From the NCBI GenBank assembly GCA_039818205.1, contig JBCBUK010000001.1:256001-320000 (forward strand): a DNA stretch of 64,000 nt. The letters run 5' to 3'. Origin of the DNA: Verrucomicrobiota bacterium (GTDB lineage: Bacteria > Verrucomicrobiota > Verrucomicrobiia > Opitutales > Cerasicoccaceae). Made by a program: the position numbers and the translations under genes. The notes beneath the pieces were generated by a model. It ran no database searches. It worked only from the letters and a program-made list of their open reading frames with translations, and was not told the DNA's origin. Below are positions 9,808 through 18,595 of this stretch, piece after piece (position 1 is the first letter of the stretch; every line of letters begins with the position of its first letter).

Positions 9808-11517
9808 TCAGTAGAGCGGAAGCGTAAACTCAAAGGTCGTTCCCTCAGGACTCGTATTGACTAACTGGATTCGCCCCCGGTGGCTTTTGATGATCTGTTT
9901 CGAAATCGATAGCCCCAACCCTGAACCCTCTGGTCGCCCAGACAGAAAGGATTGAAAAATTCGACTCCTCAAATTCTCGGCAATCCCAGGCCCATCGTCT
10001 TGGACAATCACCTTGGAAACCGGCTCTAATTTGCCATCACACTTTTGCACGAAAACCGTAACGTTCCCCTCGCCCTTCATTGCCTGCATTGCGTTCAAAA
10101 TCAAGTTGAGCACCACCTGCTGGATCTGACCTTTATGGGCTTCGACGCTTAGCGGTTCCGGCCACGGCTTATAGGTCAAGGTGACACTAGATTGCTCAGC
10201 TTTTAGCCGGACCAACAATATGGTCTCTTCGACCAATGAATTGAGATCGTAGCGGCTATGCATCTCCGTCCGGCTTTTGCCAAATGATAGCACCCGGCCT
10301 ACAATCTCCTCGAGCTGGACTATCTTCTCGGAGATCACCTCGGTATCGCGCTTTCGAGGGTCACTTGCAGCGAAATCTAAAGTCAATGACTCGAACAACA
10401 GCTTAATCACCGTCAGTGGATTGCGGATCTCGTGGGCGATTTCAGACGATAGCAGCCCTAAGGTCGTCAAACGCTCATTTTTGCGAAGACTTTCCTCACT
10501 CTGGAATACCCGACCATAGAGCCGGCTATTTTGGATCGCGACGGCACCCATTGAGGCCATACTATTGAAGAGTTGGCGCTCATCGTTGTTAAATCGGTGT
10601 GGCTGATCCGTGTAAGCGTTGAGAACTCCAATCGCTTGATTCTCATAAATGATTGGCGTCGCCAAGAGAGATGAGAGCCCCGCCGACTGAGTGAGCTCGA
10701 TAAAATGGTGCTCTTCGGTCTGCGGCAAATCCTGAATAGCAACCTGCTTGCGGCGATCGATCGCAACCCCCACCGCAGTCTGCCCCAAATCCAGCTCCTC
10801 GTGGTAGTCGATTTGTCCTTCGGTTCCCGAAACGGCTTCGAGTTTCAAACGCTGACGGTCTTCCGTGAGCAAATAGATCGCACAGATACGACAAGGCATC
10901 AATTGGCGCGACTCTCGTGTTATGGACTTTAGAACGTCCTTTAATTCGCGTTTCCCGCCCAACTGCTGCCCAATTCGTATCAAGGTCTGTAGCTGGTCGG
11001 CCTTCTCTTTGAGCTGGCGAATCAACCAGAGCCGATTAACCACTGAAGTTGCCTCTACCGTGAGTAAGGTCAGCAATTTGAGATCATTTTCAGAAAACGC
11101 GTTTAGGCGGTCACTGTCGACATTGACGACACCAACCGCAGCACCGTTGACCAGCATAGGAACCGCCATCTCCGACTGGACACTCTGTTTGATCGCAATA
11201 TATCGCGGGTCCTTATGCACATCAGGAACCAGCAGAGGACGGCTATGCAGCGCCACCCAACCGGTGACCCCCACTCCAAGTGGGAGAGAAAACATTCCGG
11301 ATTCATCCGGCAAGCCTCGCGTCACCTCGATTTCCAGCAAATTGGTATCCGGATTGGTCAACGCAACCGAAGCACTTGTCGCCCCGAGAACATCGACCAG
11401 CTCTTGGAGGATCACTTCCAATGCTTCATGTGGATCCTCAGTCTTACTGACCAAACGGCTAATGCGGTAGAGGGAATCAAGAACGGAACGATCAGGTACT
11501 GCGGCTTCAGGTGGCAT
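9808..11517 (-). CDS. Cytoplasmic sensor histidine kinase with two GAF domains
   Basis: Two GAF repeats (GVTGWVA...DPRY...SEMAVPM; SLLATPI...GVLNAY), H-box IAHEIRNPL, N-box NLILNA, DDGPGI, GSGLGLSI. Probable start 11517 (ORF track 11607). Confidence 0.9.
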   Translation of the reverse strand: MPPEAAVPDRSVLDSLYRISRLVSKTEDPHEALEVILQELVDVLGATSASVALTNPDTNLLEIEVTRGLPDESGMFSLPLGVGVTGWVALHSRPLLVPDVHKDPRYIAIKQSVQSEMAVPMLVNGAAVGVVNVDSDRLNAFSENDLKLLTLLTVEATSVVNRLWLIRQLKEKADQLQTLIRIGQQLGGKRELKDVLKSITRESRQLMPCRICAIYLLTEDRQRLKLEAVSGTEGQIDYHEELDLGQTAVGVAIDRRKQVAIQDLPQTEEHHFIELTQSAGLSSLLATPIIYENQAIGVLNAYTDQPHRFNNDERQLFNSMASMGAVAIQNSRLYGRVFQSEESLRKNERLTTLGLLSSEIAHEIRNPLTVIKLLFESLTLDFAASDPRKRDTEVISEKIVQLEEIVGRVLSFGKSRTEMHSRYDLNSLVEETILLVRLKAEQSSVTLTYKPWPEPLSVEAHKGQIQQVVLNLILNAMQAMKGEGNVTVFVQKCDGKLEPVSKVIVQDDGPGIAENLRSRIFQSFLSGRPEGSGLGLSISKQIIKSHRGRIQLVNTSPEGTTFEFTLPLY

Positions 11518-11628
11518 ACGTGGACTACAAAAAATTATCGGGACGATCCAAATACAGAAACCGCCGATGTTACGAATCCCGAGCGAGAACGCAACCTGCG
11601 AACACACTGGGCCAGACGAACGGAACCG

Positions 11629-14490
11629 CTATCCAGCAGCTTCAAACTCGTCGTGGGAAATAATCTGCTCGATCGTATCGCGGAGCGGAACCAATGCCTC
11701 GGTATCACCTTTCGCATTAGGACTCGTTGGCTCGATATAGAAGGTATCTAGCGCAACCCCGCGCTCGGTTGAAATCCGGGCAAAGCTGATATCGAAGTTG
11801 TGCTTAAAAATGGCGTGGGCTAACTGATACAAGAGCCCCAAATGATCGTTGGCTTGGACTTCGACAATTGTTCGTTTGAGCGAAAGCTCGTGATAGACCT
11901 CGACTTTCGATGGGATTGGAGCCCCCAAGCGATTGACCTTCTTGGACCCAAAGCTCTGGCTATGCTTGCGAGCTTGTTCAGTAATCGCAGGCATGAGGTC
12001 CGCGTTGTGCAACAGTGCCTTTTCTAAGTGATCTCGGAAAATCTTTTCGGCATCCGGCTTTTGGACGATGCCTCCGTCCGGAGCGACCACATAAAAGGTA
12101 TCGATTGTAATATGGTCATTTCGCGAAATTGCTTTCGTGCTCAAAATATTGACCCCGGCAACGGTCAGCGCACCGGCCAACTTATAAAAAAGCCCTGCGC
12201 GGTCCCAGGTGACCACATTTACCACCGTGAGGCCCTGATCTTTGTCATCCCGCCAATCAACCACTGGAACTAATGAGCCGATGCTATCGGCTTCGGAAAT
12301 CGTTTGGAGCAGCTCACTGACCATTTTTACGTGCAGGATGATGTCGTCCGCGTCGTTGTGGATAAAATAGCGCTCAGGGAGCAAATTGAAGTGTGCATCA
12401 ATTTGATCTCTTTCGACATCAGGCAGTCGTCGCTCTATGATTTCCCTGTAGATCATGGACTTTCGCTCTTTTCTGCGCTTGCTAATCAGCTGTGGGGCGT
12501 TGCGGAGAACCTCAAGGGTCGACCGAAACAAATTCTGGTGAAGTGATTCTTTATAGTTGTTCCAAAGGCTGTTCGCCGTACCGCGGGAATCGCAGAAAGT
12601 GTGGACATACAAATACCGGAGGGTGTCTTCATCGCCAACGATCTCAGCAAAACGGGCTGCAGTACGAGGATCATCGAGATCATGCCGTTGCCAGAATCGT
12701 GCCATTTCGAGATGAAGCTTGATGATTGTTAAAATTAATCCGCGACGTTTTGCATCAATTCCCAGTCGAGTAAGCAGTGGCTCGGCGACTTTTACCCCTT
12801 TGGCACTATGGTCCTTTACCCCATCGGACTTACCCAGATCATGCACTAAAAGGATTAGGTAAAGCAGCGCGGGAGTAGCGGTTTGCGACAATTCGTGATG
12901 GTAGGTTGGGGCGTATGAATTCTGTTCAAGAAAGACCTCATCGAGCTCTTTAATGCAATTAAGCGTATGGACATCAGCCGTGTAGCGATGATAAAATTCG
13001 TGCTGCACCAAGCAGGTGATCTCACCGAACTCCGGTATAAATCTGCCCAATACGCCCGTCTCATGCATCAGCAACAAGGCTTGATAAACATTCCCCCGGG
13101 TTTGCAGGATGGATCTGAAGCTACGGTTGGCCGCTTCGTCATGCAAAAATCGAGCATCAATCAACTTAAGAGACTGACTTATCAATACCCTTAAGTCCAA
13201 ATCCGGCGTTACATCATATTGCTGAATGTGCCGAAAGATCCGAATGAGTCGTGCCGGATCCTCGATAAATACTTGGCGGGATTGACACGTGATTACTCCT
13301 TGGCCGATCAGGAAACCATCGACGGGCTTCTGCCGATCCATGCGACGAGAATCCAAAACCGCTTGAAATGTAATCCCGCGGCTTGGCCCAAGATCGCTGA
13401 GCGCCAGGCGTTGCTCGAGCAGCTCCGATAGCTGATAAATCCGATTCGCGTGGCGGTAATAGTCCCGCATGAACCGCTCGACGCGGCGAAAAATATCGTG
13501 TTGTCGATAACCCAGGTCCCACGCGATGCTGGGCTGATTCTCCAAACTCAACTGATCGTTTGGGCGCTTGCTGTTAAAATGAACTTCGTTTCGAACCCGT
13601 AACAAAAAATCGTATGCTTGCTCAAGTTGCTTGCGCTCCTGCGGCTCAAGAAAGTGCTTATCTTCAAGGGCCTCCAACGACCCTCTACCGAGTCGAACCT
13701 CTGCCATCCAAAGGATGTTTTGGTAATCCCGCAGCCCCCCGACCCCATTCTTAATGTCTGGTTCTTGTAGAAAAACGGTGCCACCATGTTTTTCCCGACG
13801 TTGGGCTTGGTCTTCTAACCGCTCCTTTGCGTATGCCCGATGATCGGCTTTGCTATAGTAATTTCGGTAAGCCTTCTCAAATTTGAAAAAGAGCTCCATC
13901 GAACCACATATCGGGCGAGCCTCCAGCAGCGCATTCAGCGTTTGTTGATCGGCTTTAGCCTCTTGAATCGCCTCGGCCACCGTCCGGCTCGAGTGTCCCA
14001 CTTTGAGGCTCAAGTCCCAAAGCGGATAAAGCACTTCGTTTGTCAGGACTTCTTGCAGTGGTTTGAGGAGATCGGCCCGGATCCGTTTCGGGTAGAGAAA
14101 CATCAAGTCGATATCGCTCAGTGGACAAAGCTCAGCGCGGCCATATCCACCAAGGGCCAGCAAGGCCGTCTCGCATGGCGGATTTCCGTGATCGCGCTCG
14201 TAAATTGCCAAGGCTTGATCGAACAATCGGCTGATCAGGACGTCCATCATGATGGTTCGCGCTTTAGCCACTCGCAGGCCGCCATCGCCCTTTTCATGAT
14301 AGCGCAATAGCATCTCATTCTCCAAACGCACGAACTCCTTCAGCTGCCGTAAACGCTCGGGCGCTTCGGTTCGTACATCAAAGGTTAGGCGCTTCTCCGC
14401 ATGTAAACGGATGCGCCGAAAAAGAGGGTCCTGTAACTGGCTAGTCAAATGATAGTCCTGAATTATATGCCGTGCGATAAAGACGCACAC
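11629..14490 (-). CDS. glnD: [Protein-PII] uridylyltransferase/uridylyl-removing enzyme
   Basis: ALGGYGRAELCPLSDIDL, EPDIKNGVGGLRD, YHRYTADVHT, HD motif VHDLGK and two C-terminal ACT domains. The start may be the TTG at 14448. Confidence 0.95.
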   Translation of the reverse strand: MCVFIARHIIQDYHLTSQLQDPLFRRIRLHAEKRLTFDVRTEAPERLRQLKEFVRLENEMLLRYHEKGDGGLRVAKARTIMMDVLISRLFDQALAIYERDHGNPPCETALLALGGYGRAELCPLSDIDLMFLYPKRIRADLLKPLQEVLTNEVLYPLWDLSLKVGHSSRTVAEAIQEAKADQQTLNALLEARPICGSMELFFKFEKAYRNYYSKADHRAYAKERLEDQAQRREKHGGTVFLQEPDIKNGVGGLRDYQNILWMAEVRLGRGSLEALEDKHFLEPQERKQLEQAYDFLLRVRNEVHFNSKRPNDQLSLENQPSIAWDLGYRQHDIFRRVERFMRDYYRHANRIYQLSELLEQRLALSDLGPSRGITFQAVLDSRRMDRQKPVDGFLIGQGVITCQSRQVFIEDPARLIRIFRHIQQYDVTPDLDLRVLISQSLKLIDARFLHDEAANRSFRSILQTRGNVYQALLLMHETGVLGRFIPEFGEITCLVQHEFYHRYTADVHTLNCIKELDEVFLEQNSYAPTYHHELSQTATPALLYLILLVHDLGKSDGVKDHSAKGVKVAEPLLTRLGIDAKRRGLILTIIKLHLEMARFWQRHDLDDPRTAARFAEIVGDEDTLRYLYVHTFCDSRGTANSLWNNYKESLHQNLFRSTLEVLRNAPQLISKRRKERKSMIYREIIERRLPDVERDQIDAHFNLLPERYFIHNDADDIILHVKMVSELLQTISEADSIGSLVPVVDWRDDKDQGLTVVNVVTWDRAGLFYKLAGALTVAGVNILSTKAISRNDHITIDTFYVVAPDGGIVQKPDAEKIFRDHLEKALLHNADLMPAITEQARKHSQSFGSKKVNRLGAPIPSKVEVYHELSLKRTIVEVQANDHLGLLYQLAHAIFKHNFDISFARISTERGVALDTFYIEPTSPNAKGDTEALVPLRDTIEQIISHDEFEAAG

Positions 14491-14842
14491 TAGTGGCTGA
14501 ATTTCAATGGAAGATTTAAGTTACTCTGGTTTTCTAATGTGCATTGGACAAAACCACAGGCAAAACGGCTCAAACGCATGGCAATTAGGCATTTGAAACA
14601 TGCCGATGGCTCGCTAATCGAACCACTTGCTCATCAGCAGCTCGGCTCATCCGTCCGGTGAACACGTACTCGAACCGCACCCGTCAGATGGATGACTGAA
14701 ATTCATCCAAGCGCCCCCAGGGATGTTATCGAACGAATGACAAATGGCTTTAGGGCCGGACTTGATCTGGCAAGCAACGAACTAGACGGTTACTTCAGAC
14801 TTCACCCACCTCGCGCGAATCAACCAAAACCGACGGCTCCGA

Positions 14843-15292
14843 TCAGCGTGACTCAACGACATATTCGCTACCGTTATGGCTTTTCACCACGACCGTCGTA
14901 TGCCTTTCAACCATGCCGAGATCTGCGCGAGCCTCGACGACTTGGCCAGCAACTTCAATTTTACCAACCGGCTTCAAAGCGACCGTTACCCTGCCAGATT
15001 CTCCATAGAGGCTCTCAATGGCCTCCTGGGCTTTCCGTTCCTCCAACTCAATGGTTCGCTCCGCAGCGTCATGTTCTTCGAGCACCTGCTTCAATTCGTC
15101 CCGCTGCCCCCTGTCCTGCAGGAACACCATCAGAAGAACGATGGGCCAGAAAAATGGCAACAACGGCATGAGGACGAACGATTCTCCGTCAAAATCGAGC
15201 GCGCCGATCAAGCCGAGGGAGTTCATTCCGTAAATGAGAACAAACCCAACAACCCACCAAACGAAAATCCCAACAATCCACCAAGTTCCCAT
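14843..15292 (-). CDS. NfeD-like membrane protein (C-terminal OB-fold)
   Basis: Two N-terminal TM segments, then GESGRVTVALKPVGKIEVAGQVVEARA...VVV. Confidence 0.7.
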   Translation of the reverse strand: MGTWWIVGIFVWWVVGFVLIYGMNSLGLIGALDFDGESFVLMPLLPFFWPIVLLMVFLQDRGQRDELKQVLEEHDAAERTIELEERKAQEAIESLYGESGRVTVALKPVGKIEVAGQVVEARADLGMVERHTTVVVKSHNGSEYVVESR

Positions 15293-15304
15293 GCGATCTT
15301 CCTT

Positions 15305-16054
15305 CTAGGCCCCACGCCCGAGGGGCATGACCTTGGCCGCAGCGGCATTGAGCTGCTCGTTGTGGTCGTCGGTCAGCGGGTCAAAAGAACGCAAAAGCTC
15401 CCAGAACCTCGCCGAGTGATTCATTTCGCGAACGTGGGCCAGCTCATGCAGAATAATGTGGTCTTGCAGGTTTGGACGGAGCAGTACCAGGCGCCAGTTG
15501 AGGGAAATTGTCCCGGAACTTGAGCAGCTGCCCCAGCGTGTGGACTGATCCCGCACACTCACCCGCTTGATCGAAACGCCATGCTTCTCGGCCAGGTCGT
15601 TGGTGCGCAACGGGACGACCTCGCCAGCAAACTCCCGAACCAGATGGACCAGGCCTGCCTCCAAGTCGGTCTCCGCAGACACCCGCATCTCTACCTCATC
15701 GGTCTCGGTCGAGTAGACGTAGAAGGGCTTATTCTTCGTGAATGATTGAGTGAGGCGCATCGATCGGCCAAGTGCGAACAGACGCGGGTGGCGCTCCAAA
15801 TACTCAGACAGGGACGTCCGGGTTGGATGCTCCCGCATATTGGTAACTAGCCAATCGCCCTGGGATCTTAAAAACTCCAAGGCTTCGACAAAGGCACAGC
15901 GCCAAGGCACTGACAAAAGTGCATGATTGTGCCGGCCAACGCTCAGGCGAATATAGCGCGCACGCCGAGAGCGCCGGATCTCATAGGGAACCAGCATGGA
16001 ACCGTCACTGGTATCGATCTCAACCAGTCGGAGATTGTTCTGCTTCTGCGACAC
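15305..16054 (-). CDS. YgjP/DUF45 (M48/SprT-like) zinc-dependent hydrolase
   Basis: RDQSTRWGSCS, LNWRL, HELAHVREMNHSARFW. Confidence 0.88.
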   Translation of the reverse strand: MSQKQNNLRLVEIDTSDGSMLVPYEIRRSRRARYIRLSVGRHNHALLSVPWRCAFVEALEFLRSQGDWLVTNMREHPTRTSLSEYLERHPRLFALGRSMRLTQSFTKNKPFYVYSTETDEVEMRVSAETDLEAGLVHLVREFAGEVVPLRTNDLAEKHGVSIKRVSVRDQSTRWGSCSSSGTISLNWRLVLLRPNLQDHIILHELAHVREMNHSARFWELLRSFDPLTDDHNEQLNAAAAKVMPLGRGA

Positions 16055-16706
16055 GTTCGGCTATAATACGTTGAGCGCCGCTGGCGTAGCGGCGCAAGGC
16101 GGACTCCGGATCGATTCCGGCGTCGCGACAGGCGGCGGCGAGGTTGAACAAGGCTCGGCCAGCGGACTCTTCCGTCAGGCCCTCCGTCATCTTTGCGATG
16201 GTCTCTGGTTCGAACTCGTCGACCACAGGCAGATCCTTTTTGATCACCTGTTTGTAGACATTCAGTGCGTAGCGTAGTGCAGGTAGCTGTGGAGGCAGGT
16301 GCTTAAACGGCCCCTCCTCCAATGGTCGTAATCCGTTTTTCTTTTCTTCGGCTTTGATCTCTTCCCACTTTTGGAGAACCGCATCGGAATCCTTCAAATC
16401 CAAGTCTCCAAAAACATGTGGGTGGCGGCGAACTAACTTCTCGTTGATGTCGCGAGCCACGTCATCAAATGAGAACCGATTTTCTTCCTCGGCCATTTGA
16501 GTATGCATGATAACCTGGAGCAACAGGTCGCCCAATTCCTCCTGCATATGCTCATAGTCGAGGCGGTCAATCGTGTCCAATAGCTCGGCGCATTCTTCGA
16601 CCAGGCAATCACACAATGACTGATGCGTCTGCTCGATATCCCAAGGGCATCCACCCGGGCCGCGCAGCCGCGCCACTGTTTCTCTCAAGTCGTCGATCGA
16701 AGCCAT
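16020..16706 (-). CDS. mazG: MazG family nucleotide pyrophosphohydrolase
   Basis: LRGPGGCPWD, EELGDLLLQ, KLVRRHPHVFG; the second MazG domain is reduced. Probable start 16706 (ORF track 16745). Confidence 0.9.
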   Translation of the reverse strand: MASIDDLRETVARLRGPGGCPWDIEQTHQSLCDCLVEECAELLDTIDRLDYEHMQEELGDLLLQVIMHTQMAEEENRFSFDDVARDINEKLVRRHPHVFGDLDLKDSDAVLQKWEEIKAEEKKNGLRPLEEGPFKHLPPQLPALRYALNVYKQVIKKDLPVVDEFEPETIAKMTEGLTEESAGRALFNLAAACRDAGIDPESALRRYASGAQRIIAERVAEAEQSPTG

Positions 16707-16784
16707 AAATCCGACTCTTCTAAAATACTTGAGACCCAGCCTCAACCCCGTTTTTCGAGAATAATCACGGCGAATGGGCCGCGG

Positions 16785-18146
16785 TCATTCAACGGGCTCA
16801 ATAGCATTTACCGCGTTTAGGATGCACTGGCCGACCGCGATCCCATCGCGATAGTTTCCCATAATCCGTAGACCGGGAAACTCCCTTTCGGCCAGTTCCA
16901 TTGCAGAAACATACTCTCCATAGCCAAGACGGTATTGAGGAATAGCCTGTGGCCATACGGTGACATCGGAGAACTCAGGTTCACCGCGGACGCCAAGCAG
17001 CTCCCGCATCTCGTCGGTCGCAATTCTGACTAGCTCTTCGGCAGACTCACCAGCCAATTCGGGTTGGCGGCTACCGCCGATAAAAACCGTCAACAGCGAC
17101 TTGCCAAACGGAGCCCGATCGTCAAACAGCGTCGAGGAAAACAAAACGCCGAGGGTCCGGCGGTTTTCCACCTGTGGGATCAATCCTCCAAATCCGTCCA
17201 AAGCGTGGCCAATTTTGCTCCGATCATAACCAAGCGCAACCGAGGCAACCGGTGGATACTCGATGCTTGAGAGCGGTTCAATGACCTCGTGCACGGGTTT
17301 GGGCAGCGGTAATTTAGCCAGGCAATGTGCCGGAATGGTGATGAACAACTCTTGCGCCTCCTCCATAACCTTGTCGCCTTCAGGCGTTTTCCAATGCACC
17401 CGCCAGATATCTCCATCTTTCTCGATCTGAGTGACATCAGCCGACAAGACTAGATGATTCCCGAGCTTCTTGCCCAAGGTGTCAGTCAACGACTGCATCC
17501 CGTTCTTAAACGAAAGCGAATAGGACTTAAAATTGTGGCCCTTGGCCTTCTTCTCTTTCCGCTTTTTCATTAGCCCAAGCAGGACCGAGCCCGTATCGCG
17601 TTCGGCCTCAGCCAACATCGGGAAGGCATGCTGCGCTGACAGGTTACTTGGGTCTCCGGCGTAAATACCGCCGACAAACGGATTCACCACATAGTCGAGC
17701 ACCTCCAGACCAAAATGACGCCGCACAAAGCTTCCGAGGCTTTCTTCCGCTAGATTGTGCGGTGTCATGGCAAAGATATCGGCAAGCATACGCAGCTTGG
17801 CGCCATTCGATAGCAAATTCGATGAGATCAGCTCACGGGGACCCATGGGCGCGGCCTGGAAACGCCCGTCACGCAAAATGTAGCGCTTCTTGGAATCAGG
17901 ACGCGGCTCGACCATCTCGTCGCCCAAGCCCATGCCCCGCAATAGCGACTCCAGAACTGGACTATTGACCAAAAGCGAATTGGGCCCGGCTTCAACGAGG
18001 TAACCGTCGCGCTTGTTTGTGCGGATGGCGCCGCCTGGCTGCTCACCGTGTTCTAAGACATGGAATGGTCGTCCGGCACGATGCAACGCCCAGCCGAGGG
18101 ACAAACCGGTTACTCCACCACCAATAACAATCGCACTCTTGTTCAT
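16785..18146 (-). CDS. hemG: Protoporphyrinogen/coproporphyrinogen oxidase (HemY/HemG flavoprotein)
   Basis: IGGGVTGL FAD motif, EAGPNS, PFVGGIYAGD, GFGGL, WPQAIPQY. The ATG at 18146 overlaps the upstream stop (ATGA). Confidence 0.92.
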   Translation of the reverse strand: MNKSAIVIGGGVTGLSLGWALHRAGRPFHVLEHGEQPGGAIRTNKRDGYLVEAGPNSLLVNSPVLESLLRGMGLGDEMVEPRPDSKKRYILRDGRFQAAPMGPRELISSNLLSNGAKLRMLADIFAMTPHNLAEESLGSFVRRHFGLEVLDYVVNPFVGGIYAGDPSNLSAQHAFPMLAEAERDTGSVLLGLMKKRKEKKAKGHNFKSYSLSFKNGMQSLTDTLGKKLGNHLVLSADVTQIEKDGDIWRVHWKTPEGDKVMEEAQELFITIPAHCLAKLPLPKPVHEVIEPLSSIEYPPVASVALGYDRSKIGHALDGFGGLIPQVENRRTLGVLFSSTLFDDRAPFGKSLLTVFIGGSRQPELAGESAEELVRIATDEMRELLGVRGEPEFSDVTVWPQAIPQYRLGYGEYVSAMELAEREFPGLRIMGNYRDGIAVGQCILNAVNAIEPVE

Positions 18147-18595
18147 GATTCGTAGTCGAAGAAAAAACTCACCCGCTGCCAAGCCGGGTCTGAAACTATT
18201 TCGTACGAAATCGGCCGGTTCTGTTGCTCCGCCAGCTTTTCGAGCCGTTCATCAACCGCCTCAGGATCTTCCGCATAAAAATTAAATTCCGTAGTGCCAT
18301 TCCACGCGGTCCTGCCAACATAGTGCCCCGCACCCGACTTGCGGATCGCGGCCAGTAATGCGTCCTCAAGATTGCTCAATGCACTCAGTTCTTTGGGAGT
18401 CGGAAGGCCCGCGAACTCGTCCGCGGAACGATGCTCGACCGCAACCCAAACGTGAAAGGAAAACTCATCCATCCAGGGATAGTCTTTCAGCGCTGTGTTG
18501 ACTACCATCTCGGTGGGCAGACCGTCCATCTCGCCCTCTCGGCGCGCTGGTATGGGCACAGGAAATCGGTTTTCGCTCGGTCGTGGCTGCGTCAT
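18143..18595 (-). CDS. DUF695-like protein
   Basis: GLPTPKE...LED...VGRTAWNGTTEFNFY...DPAW pattern. Confidence 0.65.
   Translation of the reverse strand: MTQPRPSENRFPVPIPARREGEMDGLPTEMVVNTALKDYPWMDEFSFHVWVAVEHRSADEFAGLPTPKELSALSNLEDALLAAIRKSGAGHYVGRTAWNGTTEFNFYAEDPEAVDERLEKLAEQQNRPISYEIVSDPAWQRVSFFFDYES

Noticed and set aside
14692..15171. 159-aa + strand ORF upstream of glnD
   Set aside because: Two-thirds of it overlaps the NfeD-like gene in antisense, and no motif supports it.
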